From: an uncultured Rhodospirillales bacterium
Lineage (GTDB): Bacteria; Pseudomonadota; Alphaproteobacteria; UBA9219; RGZA01
Direction of reading: 5' to 3'
NCBI GenBank assembly: GCA_964568585.1
Contig: CAZMQI010000003.1
Location: 32,975-96,974 of the forward strand
Length of the DNA stretch: 64,000 nucleotides
The position numbers and the translations under genes were made by a program. Positions 11,334-21,253 of this stretch are shown one piece after another; position 1 is the stretch's first letter; each line of letters starts with the position of its first letter. A model generated the notes under the pieces. The model did not search any database and was not told where the DNA came from. It saw only the letters and a program-made list of their open reading frames with translations.

Positions 11334-12131
11334 TTACAGACGAAACCTTTCTCCAAGGTAAACACGACGAACATCGTCATGGGCAATAATTGCCGATGGA
11401 GTGCCTTCCATCAGCACTTTTCCATCATGGATAATTGTCGCACGATCAACTAAATCAAGGGTTTCTCGTACATTGTGGTCGGTGATGAGTACGCCGATAC
11501 CCCGTGCCTTTAAATGCAAAATAAGTTCACGAATATCTGAAATCGCGATGGGGTCGATTCCCGCCAACGGTTCATCCAGCAGGATGAAGCTGGGGCGCGT
11601 GGCAAGCGCCCGCGCGATTTCAACGCGGCGGCGTTCACCGCCCGAAAGTGCGAGTGCTGGGGCACGGCGAAGATGGGTGATGGAGAATTCGGCGAGTAGA
11701 CTATCCAGCATCGCTTCACGGCGGTGTTGGTCTTTTTCGTGAATCTCCAGAACGGAGCGCAGATTATTTTCGACATTCATGCCGCGGAAAATCGATGCTT
11801 CCTGCGGAAGATAGCTGATGCCCAAACGCGCACGGCGATACATCGGAAGACTGGTAATATCGTGACCATCAAGGGTCATGATGCCTGCATCGGCGTTAAT
11901 CAGGCCTGTCAGGATATAAAAGAACGTCGTCTTGCCGGCACCGTTTGGGCCCAGTAGGCCAACAATCTCCCCGCGCTGAACATCAAGGCTGACGTCGCGC
12001 AATACCGGGCGGTTCTTGTAATGCTTAGCGATGTTGAATGCAGCAAGGCCCGGCGTATCGCTGACAATCGGAAGCGCATCGGTTGTAATCTCGCCGTGCT
12101 TATCCTTTAAATATATCGGTTTGATTTTCAT
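11334..12131 (-). CDS. lptB: LPS export ABC transporter ATP-binding protein
   Basis: 265 aa. Walker [13 protein letters not shown] signature LSGGERRR, Walker B ILLDEP. Conserved position upstream of rpoN. Confidence 0.9.
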   Translation of the reverse strand: MKIKPIYLKDKHGEITTDALPIVSDTPGLAAFNIAKHYKNRPVLRDVSLDVQRGEIVGLLGPNGAGKTTFFYILTGLINADAGIMTLDGHDITSLPMYRRARLGISYLPQEASIFRGMNVENNLRSVLEIHEKDQHRREAMLDSLLAEFSITHLRRAPALALSGGERRRVEIARALATRPSFILLDEPLAGIDPIAISDIRELILHLKARGIGVLITDHNVRETLDLVDRATIIHDGKVLMEGTPSAIIAHDDVRRVYLGERFRL

Positions 12132-12133
12132 GC

Positions 12134-13096
12134 TTATTGCTTATCTGTCTTATCACTGGGGGCGGGTTTGCCCTTGGCAGAACGAATAAGTGCATGTACG
12201 CGGCCTTTACCGGTATTCATGATTTTACTTGTACCGGTTTTGAAATTCGCTTCGACCTTATCGCCTTTTAGCTGATTGGTGCCTTGGGTAATGAATACAT
12301 TTCCCGTAAGGGTCGCGGTGTTGGGCGTTACATGATAAATTGCCTGATCGCAGATCACGACATCCTTGGCGGAGGTAATATGCACATTGCCATTCGCGGT
12401 CATGGTGTCTGCTACCAAATCGCCCTTCGCGCTTTTCTTGAATTGGGAGATAAGTTCATTCGCGCGAACCTGGCGACCTTCGCGCACGGCCAATGCATGT
12501 CCTTTGGCAATCGCCCTGTTCTCGTTTTCCCAATATTCAAGACTATCAGTTGCGGTAACGGTGTCTGTTGCGGTCATGAATTTCAGATTATCGCCGCGTA
12601 AAATTGCTTTTTTGGTATCGATATCATATTCAGCTGTCTGGCCGGTTGCGGTCTGGGTCTTGCCCGTTACCTTCACACCGCCTTCTGCTGTTAAACGCCA
12701 TACTTCGCTGCTGCCATCGGGTTTTTTGCGGTCATACGCCTTAAGGGTTTCGGCTTCAATCACCACGTCACCTTTTTTGGCTTTGGCGTGACCCGATGCG
12801 ATATAGACGCGTTCCTGTTCATGCCATTCAAGGCTTTTATCTGCGGTGATATCAATGGCATCTTCACCCGCCTTACCGCCAAAGATACCTGGTGCAGCTT
12901 TGCTTTCAGTTTGTGATGAAGGCGCTGGTACTGGCGCGCCAGCTTCAGCTGGTACAGGGATGAATGCGGCATCGGGCGATGTGCTTGACGCGCTGTGTTC
13001 TTGGCCTTTAACCGGCGGTAATGTTTCAGCGCTTAAGGGAAGCGTGGCCGACATCAAAATGCTAGCTATCAAAAGAGGGAATAAAAAATTCGTCAT
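12134..13096 (-). CDS. lptA: LptA/OstA-family periplasmic LPS transport protein
   Basis: Signal peptide, then an OstA-like beta-jellyroll repeat pattern. Sits immediately upstream of lptB. Confidence 0.65.
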   Translation of the reverse strand: MTNFLFPLLIASILMSATLPLSAETLPPVKGQEHSASSTSPDAAFIPVPAEAGAPVPAPSSQTESKAAPGIFGGKAGEDAIDITADKSLEWHEQERVYIASGHAKAKKGDVVIEAETLKAYDRKKPDGSSEVWRLTAEGGVKVTGKTQTATGQTAEYDIDTKKAILRGDNLKFMTATDTVTATDSLEYWENENRAIAKGHALAVREGRQVRANELISQFKKSAKGDLVADTMTANGNVHITSAKDVVICDQAIYHVTPNTATLTGNVFITQGTNQLKGDKVEANFKTGTSKIMNTGKGRVHALIRSAKGKPAPSDKTDKQ

Positions 13097-13102
13097 GCAG
13101 CG

Positions 13103-13855
13103 TTATGGTTTTGATGGCTGTGGTTGTGTAGGTAGAGCAGGCGGGGTAGCAGCGCCATTTTGCCCCGCATTCGATACAGAAGGCAAGCCAACACCTGGTT
13201 TTCCGGCACCCATTTTCAAGGTTGCGGATGATTGGCCAGTAAAAATAATGGTTTTACCGCCATCTATCGCTTTAAAGCCTTCGCCGCGCACTTCGCCGAA
13301 ATTTCCCTGTAACAGAACCGGTTTGTTACCTTCGGCATTCTTGCTGTTCATATCAATGCGGGCTTCATCGGTGGTAAAGGTGGTCCCATCGCTATGGCGC
13401 AGCACAACACCTTTTTGAACGTTGAGGGTGCCATCTTTTTCATTATAAACAGCGCCTTTGCCTTCAGCATCCAGTTTGGTGCCATTATTCAAATCAATGG
13501 ACGCTTTCGGGTTGGATAAATCCGTCACGCCTGCGGCATTGGGTTGTTGTTTTGCCGCATCCGCTTTGACTTCATAGGGGCGGTTTTGTGCATCATGGCT
13601 GGTGAAGACCGGCGATACCATGGTTGCATCAATAGCGCTTAATTTTTTTGGCTCCGCATTGCTGCCATTCACATTGGGCAGCACGACCAACACCAACAAA
13701 ATGCATGCAGCGGAAATCGGCAGAATGAGTTTAAGGCTGCCCACGATGCGGCTGTAACGCGTGATGGCGCCAGCGGTCACGATGCGTTTTTCCGGCATCA
13801 ACCAGTCCGTTTCATGACCTGTCCTATGTTCGCCCTGTTCAGCCATATCAGCCAA
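13103..13855 (-). CDS. lptC: LptC-like membrane-anchored LPS transport protein
   Basis: 250 aa with a single N-terminal TM segment, located between kdsD and lptA as in the canonical yrbK position. Confidence 0.5.
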   Translation of the reverse strand: MADMAEQGEHRTGHETDWLMPEKRIVTAGAITRYSRIVGSLKLILPISAACILLVLVVLPNVNGSNAEPKKLSAIDATMVSPVFTSHDAQNRPYEVKADAAKQQPNAAGVTDLSNPKASIDLNNGTKLDAEGKGAVYNEKDGTLNVQKGVVLRHSDGTTFTTDEARIDMNSKNAEGNKPVLLQGNFGEVRGEGFKAIDGGKTIIFTGQSSATLKMGAGKPGVGLPSVSNAGQNGAATPPALPTQPQPSKP

Positions 13856-14822
13856 CGCCTGCTTTTAATAAATCATGCATGCGGATGATACCTTGCACGA
13901 CATTCTTGTCATCCAGCACGAAAAAGCTGGTGACTTTCTTTTCATTCATTTTACCTAAGGCTTCTGCGGCAAGCGCCTGCGGGCCGATGGTCTTTGGCGC
14001 ACGCGTCATGATGGTTTCTGCGGTTAGAGTTAGCAGATTATCTTTCATATGACGTCTTAAATCGCCGTCGGTGATGATGCCTTGCAGAATGTTGTTTGCA
14101 TCAACAATTCCGCAGCAGCCAAAGGTTTTATTGGTCATAATTAGAATGATTTCGCCAACCTTGGTGTTTGGCGTCGCAACGGGAACTGCATCGCCCTTAT
14201 GCATCAAATCGCGCACCAGTAATAATTTGGTGCCAAGCTTACCGCCCGGATGGAACACTTTATAATCGCTGGAGGTAAAGCCATTGCGGTGTAACAGCGC
14301 AACCGCCAAGGCATCACCCAGCGCCATCATCATCGTTGTCGAGCTGGTGGGAGCAAGACCCATCGGGCAGGCTTCGGCCGCTTTTGGAACTTCCAGAACT
14401 AAATCGGCTTGTCCGCCAAGATTGGAATCTTTGCCACTGGTCATGGCAATCAATGGAATACTGAAGCGGCGGGTATAGGAAATGATGTCGGATAATTCGC
14501 TGGCTTCGCCAGAATTGGATAGCGCAATCACGCAATCATCACGCGTAATCATGCCCATATCGCCATGACTGGCTTCAGCAGGGTGTACAAAGAATGCAGG
14601 TGTTCCTGTGGATGCCATCGTGGCAGAAATCTTGCGTGCCACATGGCCGCTTTTGCCGATACCAGTGACTGCCACGCGGCCTTTTATCGCGCTGACGATT
14701 TCAACGGCTTTAGTGAAGCGTTCATCAAGGCTGGAGCTAAGTTCTTGAAGAGCGCGGATTTCGGTCGCCAATACATCCTTGGCGTGTTGAACGGGGTTCA
14801 TAAGTTGTGCAGGCTCGGCCAT
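13848..14822 (-). CDS. kdsD: Arabinose-5-phosphate isomerase (KdsD/GutQ family: SIS domain plus tandem CBS)
   Basis: 324 aa. SIS motif VAVTGIGKSGHVARKI and a C-terminal CBS pair. Overlaps lptC by 8 nt. Confidence 0.85.
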   Translation of the reverse strand: MAEPAQLMNPVQHAKDVLATEIRALQELSSSLDERFTKAVEIVSAIKGRVAVTGIGKSGHVARKISATMASTGTPAFFVHPAEASHGDMGMITRDDCVIALSNSGEASELSDIISYTRRFSIPLIAMTSGKDSNLGGQADLVLEVPKAAEACPMGLAPTSSTTMMMALGDALAVALLHRNGFTSSDYKVFHPGGKLGTKLLLVRDLMHKGDAVPVATPNTKVGEIILIMTNKTFGCCGIVDANNILQGIITDGDLRRHMKDNLLTLTAETIMTRAPKTIGPQALAAEALGKMNEKKVTSFFVLDDKNVVQGIIRMHDLLKAGVG

Positions 14823-14971
14823 TTATCTTCCTTATTAGGGCGGATCGCGACCAAAGAGCGCATTCAAAAAAGTGTTGGTCGCGTGAATCTGCCCGATACC
14901 ATTAAGTGAAGGATAAAATGGGCTAATGCCCTTAATAAGGCAACTTGAAAGAATTGAGTTAAAACAGGGGA

Positions 14972-15580
14972 TTAATGCGCGAAAATGTCTGTTTCTGGCC
15001 AGCCCGCAAGGTCAAGCGCGGCACGTACCGGCAGGAACGCAAAACAGGCGTCTGCCACATCCTTGCGGCCTTCACGTACCAGCATCACATCCAGCTTGGC
15101 TTTCAGGGCATGCAAATGCATCACATCGGATGCCGCATATTCCAATTGTTCCTTGGACAGTTCGGCATTACCCCAATCGGAGCTTTGCTGCTGCTTGGAA
15201 ATTTCAACGCCCAGCAAATCACGTGTTAAATCTTTTAGACCATGGCGGTCGGTGAAGGTGCGCGCAAGTCGTGATGCAATTTTGGTGCAATAGACAGGAC
15301 CTGTCATCACGCCCAAGTAAGCCATCATCGATGCGATATCAAAGCGCGCGAAATGGAACAACTTGGTTACATTCGCATCGGTCAGTAATTTCTTCAAATT
15401 CGGTGCGGCGTATTCACCTTTGGCGAATTGCACAAGATGCGCGTCGCCCTTGCCATCGGATAGTTGCACAAGACACAACCGATCACGCTGTGGGTTTAAT
15501 CCCATGGTTTCGGTATCCATCGCAACGATGTTGCCGAGATTGAGATTTGCAGGAAGATCGTTTTTGTGCAGATGGATCAT
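14972..15580 (-). CDS. 3'-5' exonuclease, short form of the DEDDy / RNase D family
   Basis: 202 aa. Motif MDTETMGL...YAASDV of the DnaQ-like exonuclease fold. Confidence 0.65.
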   Translation of the reverse strand: MIHLHKNDLPANLNLGNIVAMDTETMGLNPQRDRLCLVQLSDGKGDAHLVQFAKGEYAAPNLKKLLTDANVTKLFHFARFDIASMMAYLGVMTGPVYCTKIASRLARTFTDRHGLKDLTRDLLGVEISKQQQSSDWGNAELSKEQLEYAASDVMHLHALKAKLDVMLVREGRKDVADACFAFLPVRAALDLAGWPETDIFAH

Positions 15581-15680
15581 GGTGCCACTTATCTATGCTA
15601 TAATTGTTAAAATGTAATAAAGACAAGCTTGCAGCACTTGTCCAGCATTACCGCTGACATGCTGAATTCTATCAGGAATT

Positions 15681-16289
15681 CTAGCGGTTTTCGTCAATCA
15701 GCTTTTTAATTTTGGCAAAGGCGATGTCGCGGTTTTCCATGGTATCGATGGTGCTGACCAGTTTGCGGTTCTTGTCATACAGATAAATGCTCGCGCTATG
15801 ATCGACCATGTAACCGCCGTCCTCCATCGGTGACATCTTCTTATAATAAATGCCATACGCTTTGGTCATTGCTGCAACTTGTTCCGGCGTTCCGGTTAAC
15901 CCGATGATGCGTTTGTCATAGGATTTTAAAAATGACTTCATGCGTTTGATGTCATCACGTTCAGGGTCAACTGAAACAAAAATTGAATTAATGTGCGATG
16001 CATCCGCGCCAAGTTTATCAAGCCATATTCCCATATCCGCCATCGCACCTGGGCAAATGGCCGGGCAATGCGAAAAACCAAAGAACATCATGCTGGGTTT
16101 TCCGATGACAAACCCTTCGGTAACTGTTTTGCCATTCTGGCTGATTAGCGTGAAGGGTTGCGTGGCATGTGTGACAAGCGCAGGGGCTTCCTGCGTTGTG
16201 TTGGTCGTGGGTGGCTTTACTAAAAAATAAATGCCAAGCACGGCAATTATCAGCCATGCAATCATCCGTATTGTTTTAAGTTTGTTCAT
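15681..16289 (-). CDS. SCO1/SenC-family copper chaperone (thioredoxin fold)
   Basis: Motif FGFSHCPAICP (CxxxC) and an N-terminal TM anchor. The start was moved to the Met at 16289 because the longer ORF would overlap the tRNA-Leu. Confidence 0.8.
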   Translation of the reverse strand: MNKLKTIRMIAWLIIAVLGIYFLVKPPTTNTTQEAPALVTHATQPFTLISQNGKTVTEGFVIGKPSMMFFGFSHCPAICPGAMADMGIWLDKLGADASHINSIFVSVDPERDDIKRMKSFLKSYDKRIIGLTGTPEQVAAMTKAYGIYYKKMSPMEDGGYMVDHSASIYLYDKNRKLVSTIDTMENRDIAFAKIKKLIDENR

Positions 16290-16309
16290 TGGATAGTTTT
16301 CATAAAAGA

Positions 16310-16396
16310 TGGTGCCCAGAAGAGGACTTGAACCTCCACGATCTTGCAACCGCTAGCACCTGAAGCTAGTGCGTCTACCAATTCCGCCATCTGGGC
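16310..16396 (-). tRNA. tRNA-Leu (anticodon CAG), type II with long variable arm
   Basis: Reverse complement: GCCCAGATGGCGGAATTGGTAGACGCACTAGCTTCAGGTGCTAGCGGTTGCAAGATCGTGGAGGTTCAAGTCCTCTTCTGGGCACCA. Cloverleaf with anticodon loop TTCAGGT. Confidence 0.85.
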
Positions 16397-16460
16397 ACTA
16401 TAGTAATGGTATGGGGCGGCAACCTAAAGCGAGGCTTTGCAAAAAGCAAGTGAGTAGAGA

Positions 16461-17297
16461 ATGCGTATAATTGAACAGATAAAGCAATGCCGGGAGATTG
16501 TGGCGGCATGGCGTGCTGAACGCGCAACCATCGGTTTTGTGCCGACCATGGGCGCATTGCATGAAGGACATTTAAGCCTGGTCAAGAAAAGCTTGGATGC
16601 TGGTCATAAAACCATCGTTAGCATTTTCGTGAACCCCAAACAATTCGGCCCCAACGAAGATTTCGCGAAATACCCCCGCGTCTTGGATGTCGATGCACAA
16701 TTATTAAAAGATGCGGGCGCGCATATGCTGTATGCGCCGATTGCCACGCAAATGTACCCCGATGGATTTGCGACATCCGTTCATGTAGCAGGGCTCACTG
16801 ATTATTTATGCGGCCCGTTCCGCCCCGGGCATTTTGAAGGCGTCGCCACCATCGTCACCAAATTATTGAATCAGGTACAAGCGAATGAAGCATTCTTTGG
16901 TGATAAGGATTGGCAACAATTACAAGTCATCAAACGTTTAGCTGGTGATTTGGATATTCGTACGCGCATCACCGGTGTGCCGATTGTGCGCGAAGAAGAT
17001 GGTCTCGCATTATCATCGCGCAACCGGTACCTCAGTGTGGAAGACCGCGCGAAAGCATCCTTGCTGAACATTACCCTTCGCAGTTTGGCCGATGAAATCA
17101 TGGCAGGCGATGATATTGACGCAGCCTTAAAAACCGCGCGTGTTGGGTTGACCGAGAACGGATTTGCAGTTGATTATCTAGAACTGGCAGATGCCAGCAC
17201 GCTGCAACCCGCCCGCAAGCTGGATAAACCCGCGCGGGTTTTTGTGGCCGCAAGGCTTGGCGGAACACGCCTGATTGATAATATGGCGGTTAATTAG
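16461..17297 (+). CDS. panC: Pantoate--beta-alanine ligase
   Basis: 278 aa. Motif PTMGALHEGH (HIGH class) plus conserved downstream regions. Confidence 0.9.
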   Translation: MRIIEQIKQCREIVAAWRAERATIGFVPTMGALHEGHLSLVKKSLDAGHKTIVSIFVNPKQFGPNEDFAKYPRVLDVDAQLLKDAGAHMLYAPIATQMYPDGFATSVHVAGLTDYLCGPFRPGHFEGVATIVTKLLNQVQANEAFFGDKDWQQLQVIKRLAGDLDIRTRITGVPIVREEDGLALSSRNRYLSVEDRAKASLLNITLRSLADEIMAGDDIDAALKTARVGLTENGFAVDYLELADASTLQPARKLDKPARVFVAARLGGTRLIDNMAVN

Positions 17298-17388
17298 AAC
17301 GCGCATTAAACCCTCTTGCAAAGGGTGGTGAAAATCATCATATTGCCCCCACCAAGAATAAGCCTATTGATGCATAAGATGCACAACA

Positions 17389-17464
17389 GGGCCCTTAGCT
17401 CAGCTGGGAGAGCGCTACGATGGCATTGTAGAGGTCAGCGGTTCGATCCCGCTAGGGTCCACCA
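17389..17464 (+). tRNA. tRNA-Ala (anticodon GGC) with CCA encoded
   Basis: GGGCCCTTAGCTCAGCTGGGAGAGCGCTACGATGGCATTGTAGAGGTCAGCGGTTCGATCCCGCTAGGGTCCACCA. G3:U70 identity pair and anticodon loop ATGGCAT. Confidence 0.9.
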
Positions 17465-17530
17465 GTTTTTCAATACAATTCAAGATAGCGGGTGAATCGA
17501 ACCGCTTATTTATATCAGCCTGCGAAGCAG

Positions 17531-17563
17531 GCGGGTTCGATCCCGCTAGGGTCCACCAGTTTC
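17531..17563 (+). repeat. Direct duplicate of the tRNA-Ala 3' end (T-arm plus 3' acceptor strand plus CCA)
   Basis: gcgggttcgatcccgctagggtccaccagttt repeats 17438-17467 with one extra G. An inverted T-arm-like copy (agcgggtgaatcgaaccgct) lies between them. Confidence 0.6.
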
Positions 17564-17573
17564 ACAAAATAAT

Positions 17574-18326
17574 CTAAACAGAACTAATCCGGTTGATTGT
17601 CAATCCGCGTGGTGGAGTTGTTGGCGTTGCTGCAGCAACGGCGTTGGGGCGCGGTGTCGGGTTTGCAATTCCCGCTGCAATGTGTTCGGAAATAATGCCG
17701 CGGCCAAGGTCACTTAAATGTAACCCATCACTGGTACGTGACGCTCTGTTTTGCAATTCGCGGTTATCCAGCATGGGAATGAACGATACGCCTAACCGCT
17801 TACTTAAATTCTCAAGTTCATGGGATAGCGTGGGAATACGGTCCACCGCCGCTTGATGATGCCGTTCCAAAAACGGTGATGTGCCCGCATCTGGCCGCAG
17901 ATAGGGAACAGGACCCGCCACCACAACCTTTGCACCGCTTTGCTGGAATGCACGGATGAGCGTTTCATAATTTTTGAGAAACGTCGCTTTGTCCATATAG
18001 CGATTATCATTCAGGAACGAATTATCCCAACCGTTTTTTTGGCCCATCGTATAGAAATCATTATGCCCGATATTAAATAATACGACATCGCCGGGCTTTG
18101 TTCCTGCGGCAATCAACGGGCCATCGCGCAACCAATTGCGATCCGTACGATTATAGGAAATGGCGCTGCCGCCCACGGCGTGATTATCAACACGCAAATT
18201 TGAACCATGGCGTTGCAATGCGCGCTGCAAATCAGTGGTGGATTGCGCCAAAATGGAATCGCCCAGCACCACTAATCGTGGGCCGTTGCTACGCGTCTGG
18301 CGATTATCTGGTGTTTGTAATGCCAC
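17574..18326 (-). CDS. SGNH/GDSL-family hydrolase
   Basis: 250 aa. Block I LVVLGDSI and block GHNDF. Confidence 0.7.
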   Translation of the reverse strand: MALQTPDNRQTRSNGPRLVVLGDSILAQSTTDLQRALQRHGSNLRVDNHAVGGSAISYNRTDRNWLRDGPLIAAGTKPGDVVLFNIGHNDFYTMGQKNGWDNSFLNDNRYMDKATFLKNYETLIRAFQQSGAKVVVAGPVPYLRPDAGTSPFLERHHQAAVDRIPTLSHELENLSKRLGVSFIPMLDNRELQNRASRTSDGLHLSDLGRGIISEHIAAGIANPTPRPNAVAAATPTTPPRGLTINRISSV

Positions 18327-18564
18327 TCTTGATAGTTCTCCTGCTAAATATACTAATCCTGCTGCATTGCTAATCGCTTAATCGCACATGATTTCAGGCA
18401 TAACGATTTGATTTATTTGAATATTGAATGTTGGTTTTGCTTTCCAGATTGCTGCAATGCGAACCAGAATAGGAACGGCGCATCGGTTCTTTCTTGTTCA
18501 CAACCCCAATCACATGCACGCTGAAAATCCCACCTTAAGTGACCACCAACTCCGGAGTGACCCC

Positions 18565-19263
18565 ATGCAATATTCATCCCCACAAAAACTGTTAGCAGAA
18601 TTTTTTGGAACGTTCCTACTCGTGCTTGGCGGTTGCGGCAGCGCTGTTCTGGCCGCTGGCGTTCCAACGCTTGGTATCGGCTTTGCCGGTGTATCCCTCG
18701 CATTCGGGTTGACTGTATTATGTGGCGCTTATGCATTCGGCCCCATCTCTGGTGGTCACTTTAATCCGGCGGTATCATTCGGTTTAGCAGTTGCTGGCCG
18801 TTTTGCATGGAAGGATTTTGTGCCCTACGTGATTTCACAAACGCTGGGCGCATGCGCGGCAGCTGGCGTTATCTATTTGGTTGCAACTGGTAAAGCGGAA
18901 GCATCCATTGGCGGTTTTGCAGCGAACGGTTTTGGCGAACATTCCCCCGGCGGTTACACGCTGGAAGCTGGCGTGATTATTGAAGTGGTGTTGACTGCGC
19001 TATTCCTGCTTGTCATCCTTGGTGCAACCGAAAGCCGCGTGCCTGCCGGTTTTGCGCCAATCGCGATTGGTCTTGCGCTTACGCTCATCCATTTAATCTC
19101 CATTCCTGTCACCAACACATCCGTCAACCCTGCACGTTCAACGGGTCAGGCATTATTCGTGGGCGGCTGGGCGATTGAACAGCTTTGGGTATTCTGGGTT
19201 GCGCCACTTGTTGGCGGCCTAATCGGCGGATTGTTGCACAAGCAATTCTTTGCTCAGAAATAA
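18565..19263 (+). CDS. aqpZ: Aquaporin Z
   Basis: Two NPA motifs ([10 protein letters not shown] and NTSVNPARS) and six TM helices. The Met at 18565 gives the canonical N-terminus [17 protein letters not shown]. Confidence 0.9.
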   Translation: MQYSSPQKLLAEFFGTFLLVLGGCGSAVLAAGVPTLGIGFAGVSLAFGLTVLCGAYAFGPISGGHFNPAVSFGLAVAGRFAWKDFVPYVISQTLGACAAAGVIYLVATGKAEASIGGFAANGFGEHSPGGYTLEAGVIIEVVLTALFLLVILGATESRVPAGFAPIAIGLALTLIHLISIPVTNTSVNPARSTGQALFVGGWAIEQLWVFWVAPLVGGLIGGLLHKQFFAQK

Positions 19264-19295
19264 ATCGGCAAAAATAATTGATAAGACAATAAACA

Positions 19296-19330
19296 AGCCC
19301 TGAGGGAGAAATCCTTCAGGGCTTTTTTTA
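19296..19330. terminator. Bidirectional rho-independent terminator between aqpZ and a convergent gene
   Basis: Hairpin gccctgaggga-gaaa-tccttcagggc followed by TTTTTTT. Confidence 0.6.
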
Positions 19331-19342
19331 TGTCTGGTGTGG

Positions 19343-20107
19343 TTAGCGGCTTTGGTGAACTTTGGTGATGCCAGGATGGCTTTCTTCCAAAATTTCCAAA
19401 CGCTGGTTGACGATTTCCATGGTACGGCCATCGCAGCTATCGGTCACGCGTTGATATTCTTCTTTGCTATCAACTTCTTTTTGGCGTTCTTTTAAATCAT
19501 CTTCGATTTGGCGGCTTATCTTATCGACCGCTTGGTTGAAGGCTGAATTGAGCTGATCGTCAATGACTGACGCGGATGATGATTGCACAACACCAATCTT
19601 TTTGGCTGCATCGCGAAATGCGATACGCATTTTGTCGGTGTATTCATCGAGGATAGCACGGTCGACGGCTTTGTGTTTTTCTTCATGACCTAAAATTTCT
19701 TTGAACGGGCAGGAGCGTTTCGGGAATTCCTTGGCGACATAAATCTTGTTATCTTTAAACCCGAATTCCACATGAATGGCTTTAATCTGGCCGCAGGTGG
19801 TCTGGCTGTATCCCGTACGCATCTTCATGATGTCACTGGTGACGCTGAAGAACATCTCGCCGGTTGAAAGGCCTACGGGCCATGCTTCGCTGTGCAGATT
19901 ATCTTTGCCTTTGCCGCGTTCGGATAAATCGCGGATTTTTAACATCGGCTGGGTAAAATCGTATAGCACTTCATCATAGTCGGTTTTTACATCTACTTCA
20001 GTCGGGACATAAGTGTTGCACCCTTCCGCATCGGAGGAGGCGAAGGCTTGCGGCGCATGAACAGTAATGGAAAAAACGATGGCAACGAGAAGGAGAAGGT
20101 TTTGCAT
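19343..20107 (-). CDS. Secreted protein with an HExxH motif (DUF922-like putative Zn-peptidase)
   Basis: Signal peptide MQNLLLLVAIVFSITVHAPQAFA and motif GHEEKH. Confidence 0.4.
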   Translation of the reverse strand: MQNLLLLVAIVFSITVHAPQAFASSDAEGCNTYVPTEVDVKTDYDEVLYDFTQPMLKIRDLSERGKGKDNLHSEAWPVGLSTGEMFFSVTSDIMKMRTGYSQTTCGQIKAIHVEFGFKDNKIYVAKEFPKRSCPFKEILGHEEKHKAVDRAILDEYTDKMRIAFRDAAKKIGVVQSSSASVIDDQLNSAFNQAVDKISRQIEDDLKERQKEVDSKEEYQRVTDSCDGRTMEIVNQRLEILEESHPGITKVHQSR

Positions 20108-20269
20108 TTTGCTTCGAAGAATCTTGGAAATTGAAATGTGATGCCGACACTCTATTGGTCACATAAACACCTTAATAACCTCTAAATATGATTTATTTGT
20201 AAGGCAGCCCCTGTTCTTTAGGTGATGTTATTGGCATGATATGCAGATATTGATTCGACAGGTCACACA

Positions 20270-21205
20270 GTGCACGACGACAACCCATATATTGAGCCAT
20301 CACAGCCAGCGGCAGACGATACTGCAGGCGATGAATTAAGGCTGCGTCAAAGTGATTTACGGCTGCACCGGCGGCAATTCATGGGATTGGCCGCAGGCGG
20401 CGCGATGGCGCTTACCTCCTGCCTTATTTTGCCAAAACCTGTCTTTGCCCAAACATTTGCAGCGCTGAATAAGAATTCTGGTCAGGTATCTGGCGGGGTT
20501 CCCGGCCGCAAGCCAAAACCGCCGCGTCTCATTATGATTGATCCAGGGCATGGTGGCCGTGATCCCGGGGCGATTGGCAAGCATGGCACCTATGAAAAAG
20601 ATGTAACGCTGGATATCGCACGTCGTCTGGTCGATAATTTAAGCCAAGGGTCGGGCGTGATAGCCAAGATGACGCGCCGTACGGATGTGTTCTTGCCGCT
20701 TAAGGAGCGTGTGAGTATTGCTCGTGATGCTAAAGCAGATTTGTTTATTTCCATTCATGCCGATAGTGCGCCTACCCAAGCCGCGCGGGGGTTGTCCGCT
20801 TACTCCCTTTCCGAAAAGGGCACCGATAAATTCGCACGTGAATTGGCGGATCGCGAAAACAGTGTCGATGAAATCGGCGGCGTTGATTTAAAAGACACAG
20901 AACCGGATGTCGCCGCAATTCTGATGGATTTAACCGCACGTCATACGCGTAATGCTGCCTTAAAAGCCAAAAAACAAATCGTGCGCGGGATGCGCGGCAA
21001 ATGGCAGTTGCTGGATAACCCTATACGTGCTGCCAATTTCGCGGTGTTGCGCGCGCCGGATATCCCATCCATTCTTTTGGAAACGGGCTTTCTTTCCAGC
21101 ATCAAGGATGAGGCCTTATTGCGTGATGCCGCCCAGCGGCAACGCATAGCGGCTCTCCTTTCCAAAGAAATGATATCGCTACTTTCCAGCCCGCCCTTCG
21201 CTTAA
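20270..21205 (+). CDS. N-acetylmuramoyl-L-alanine amidase (Amidase_3 family) with a Tat signal
   Basis: RRQFMGLAAGG twin-arginine motif, catalytic region IMIDPGHGGRDPGA, and ...SIHADS. Confidence 0.85.
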   Translation: MHDDNPYIEPSQPAADDTAGDELRLRQSDLRLHRRQFMGLAAGGAMALTSCLILPKPVFAQTFAALNKNSGQVSGGVPGRKPKPPRLIMIDPGHGGRDPGAIGKHGTYEKDVTLDIARRLVDNLSQGSGVIAKMTRRTDVFLPLKERVSIARDAKADLFISIHADSAPTQAARGLSAYSLSEKGTDKFARELADRENSVDEIGGVDLKDTEPDVAAILMDLTARHTRNAALKAKKQIVRGMRGKWQLLDNPIRAANFAVLRAPDIPSILLETGFLSSIKDEALLRDAAQRQRIAALLSKEMISLLSSPPFA

Positions 21206-21253
21206 GCCCTTATTATCATTGAGGGGCATTATGAAAGCAGGCTTTCTGGGCTC

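Noticed and set aside
16375-16557. 60-aa ORF on the minus strand
   Set aside because: It overlaps the tRNA-Leu gene and the panC start region, and it has no coding signal. It is an ORF-finder artefact.
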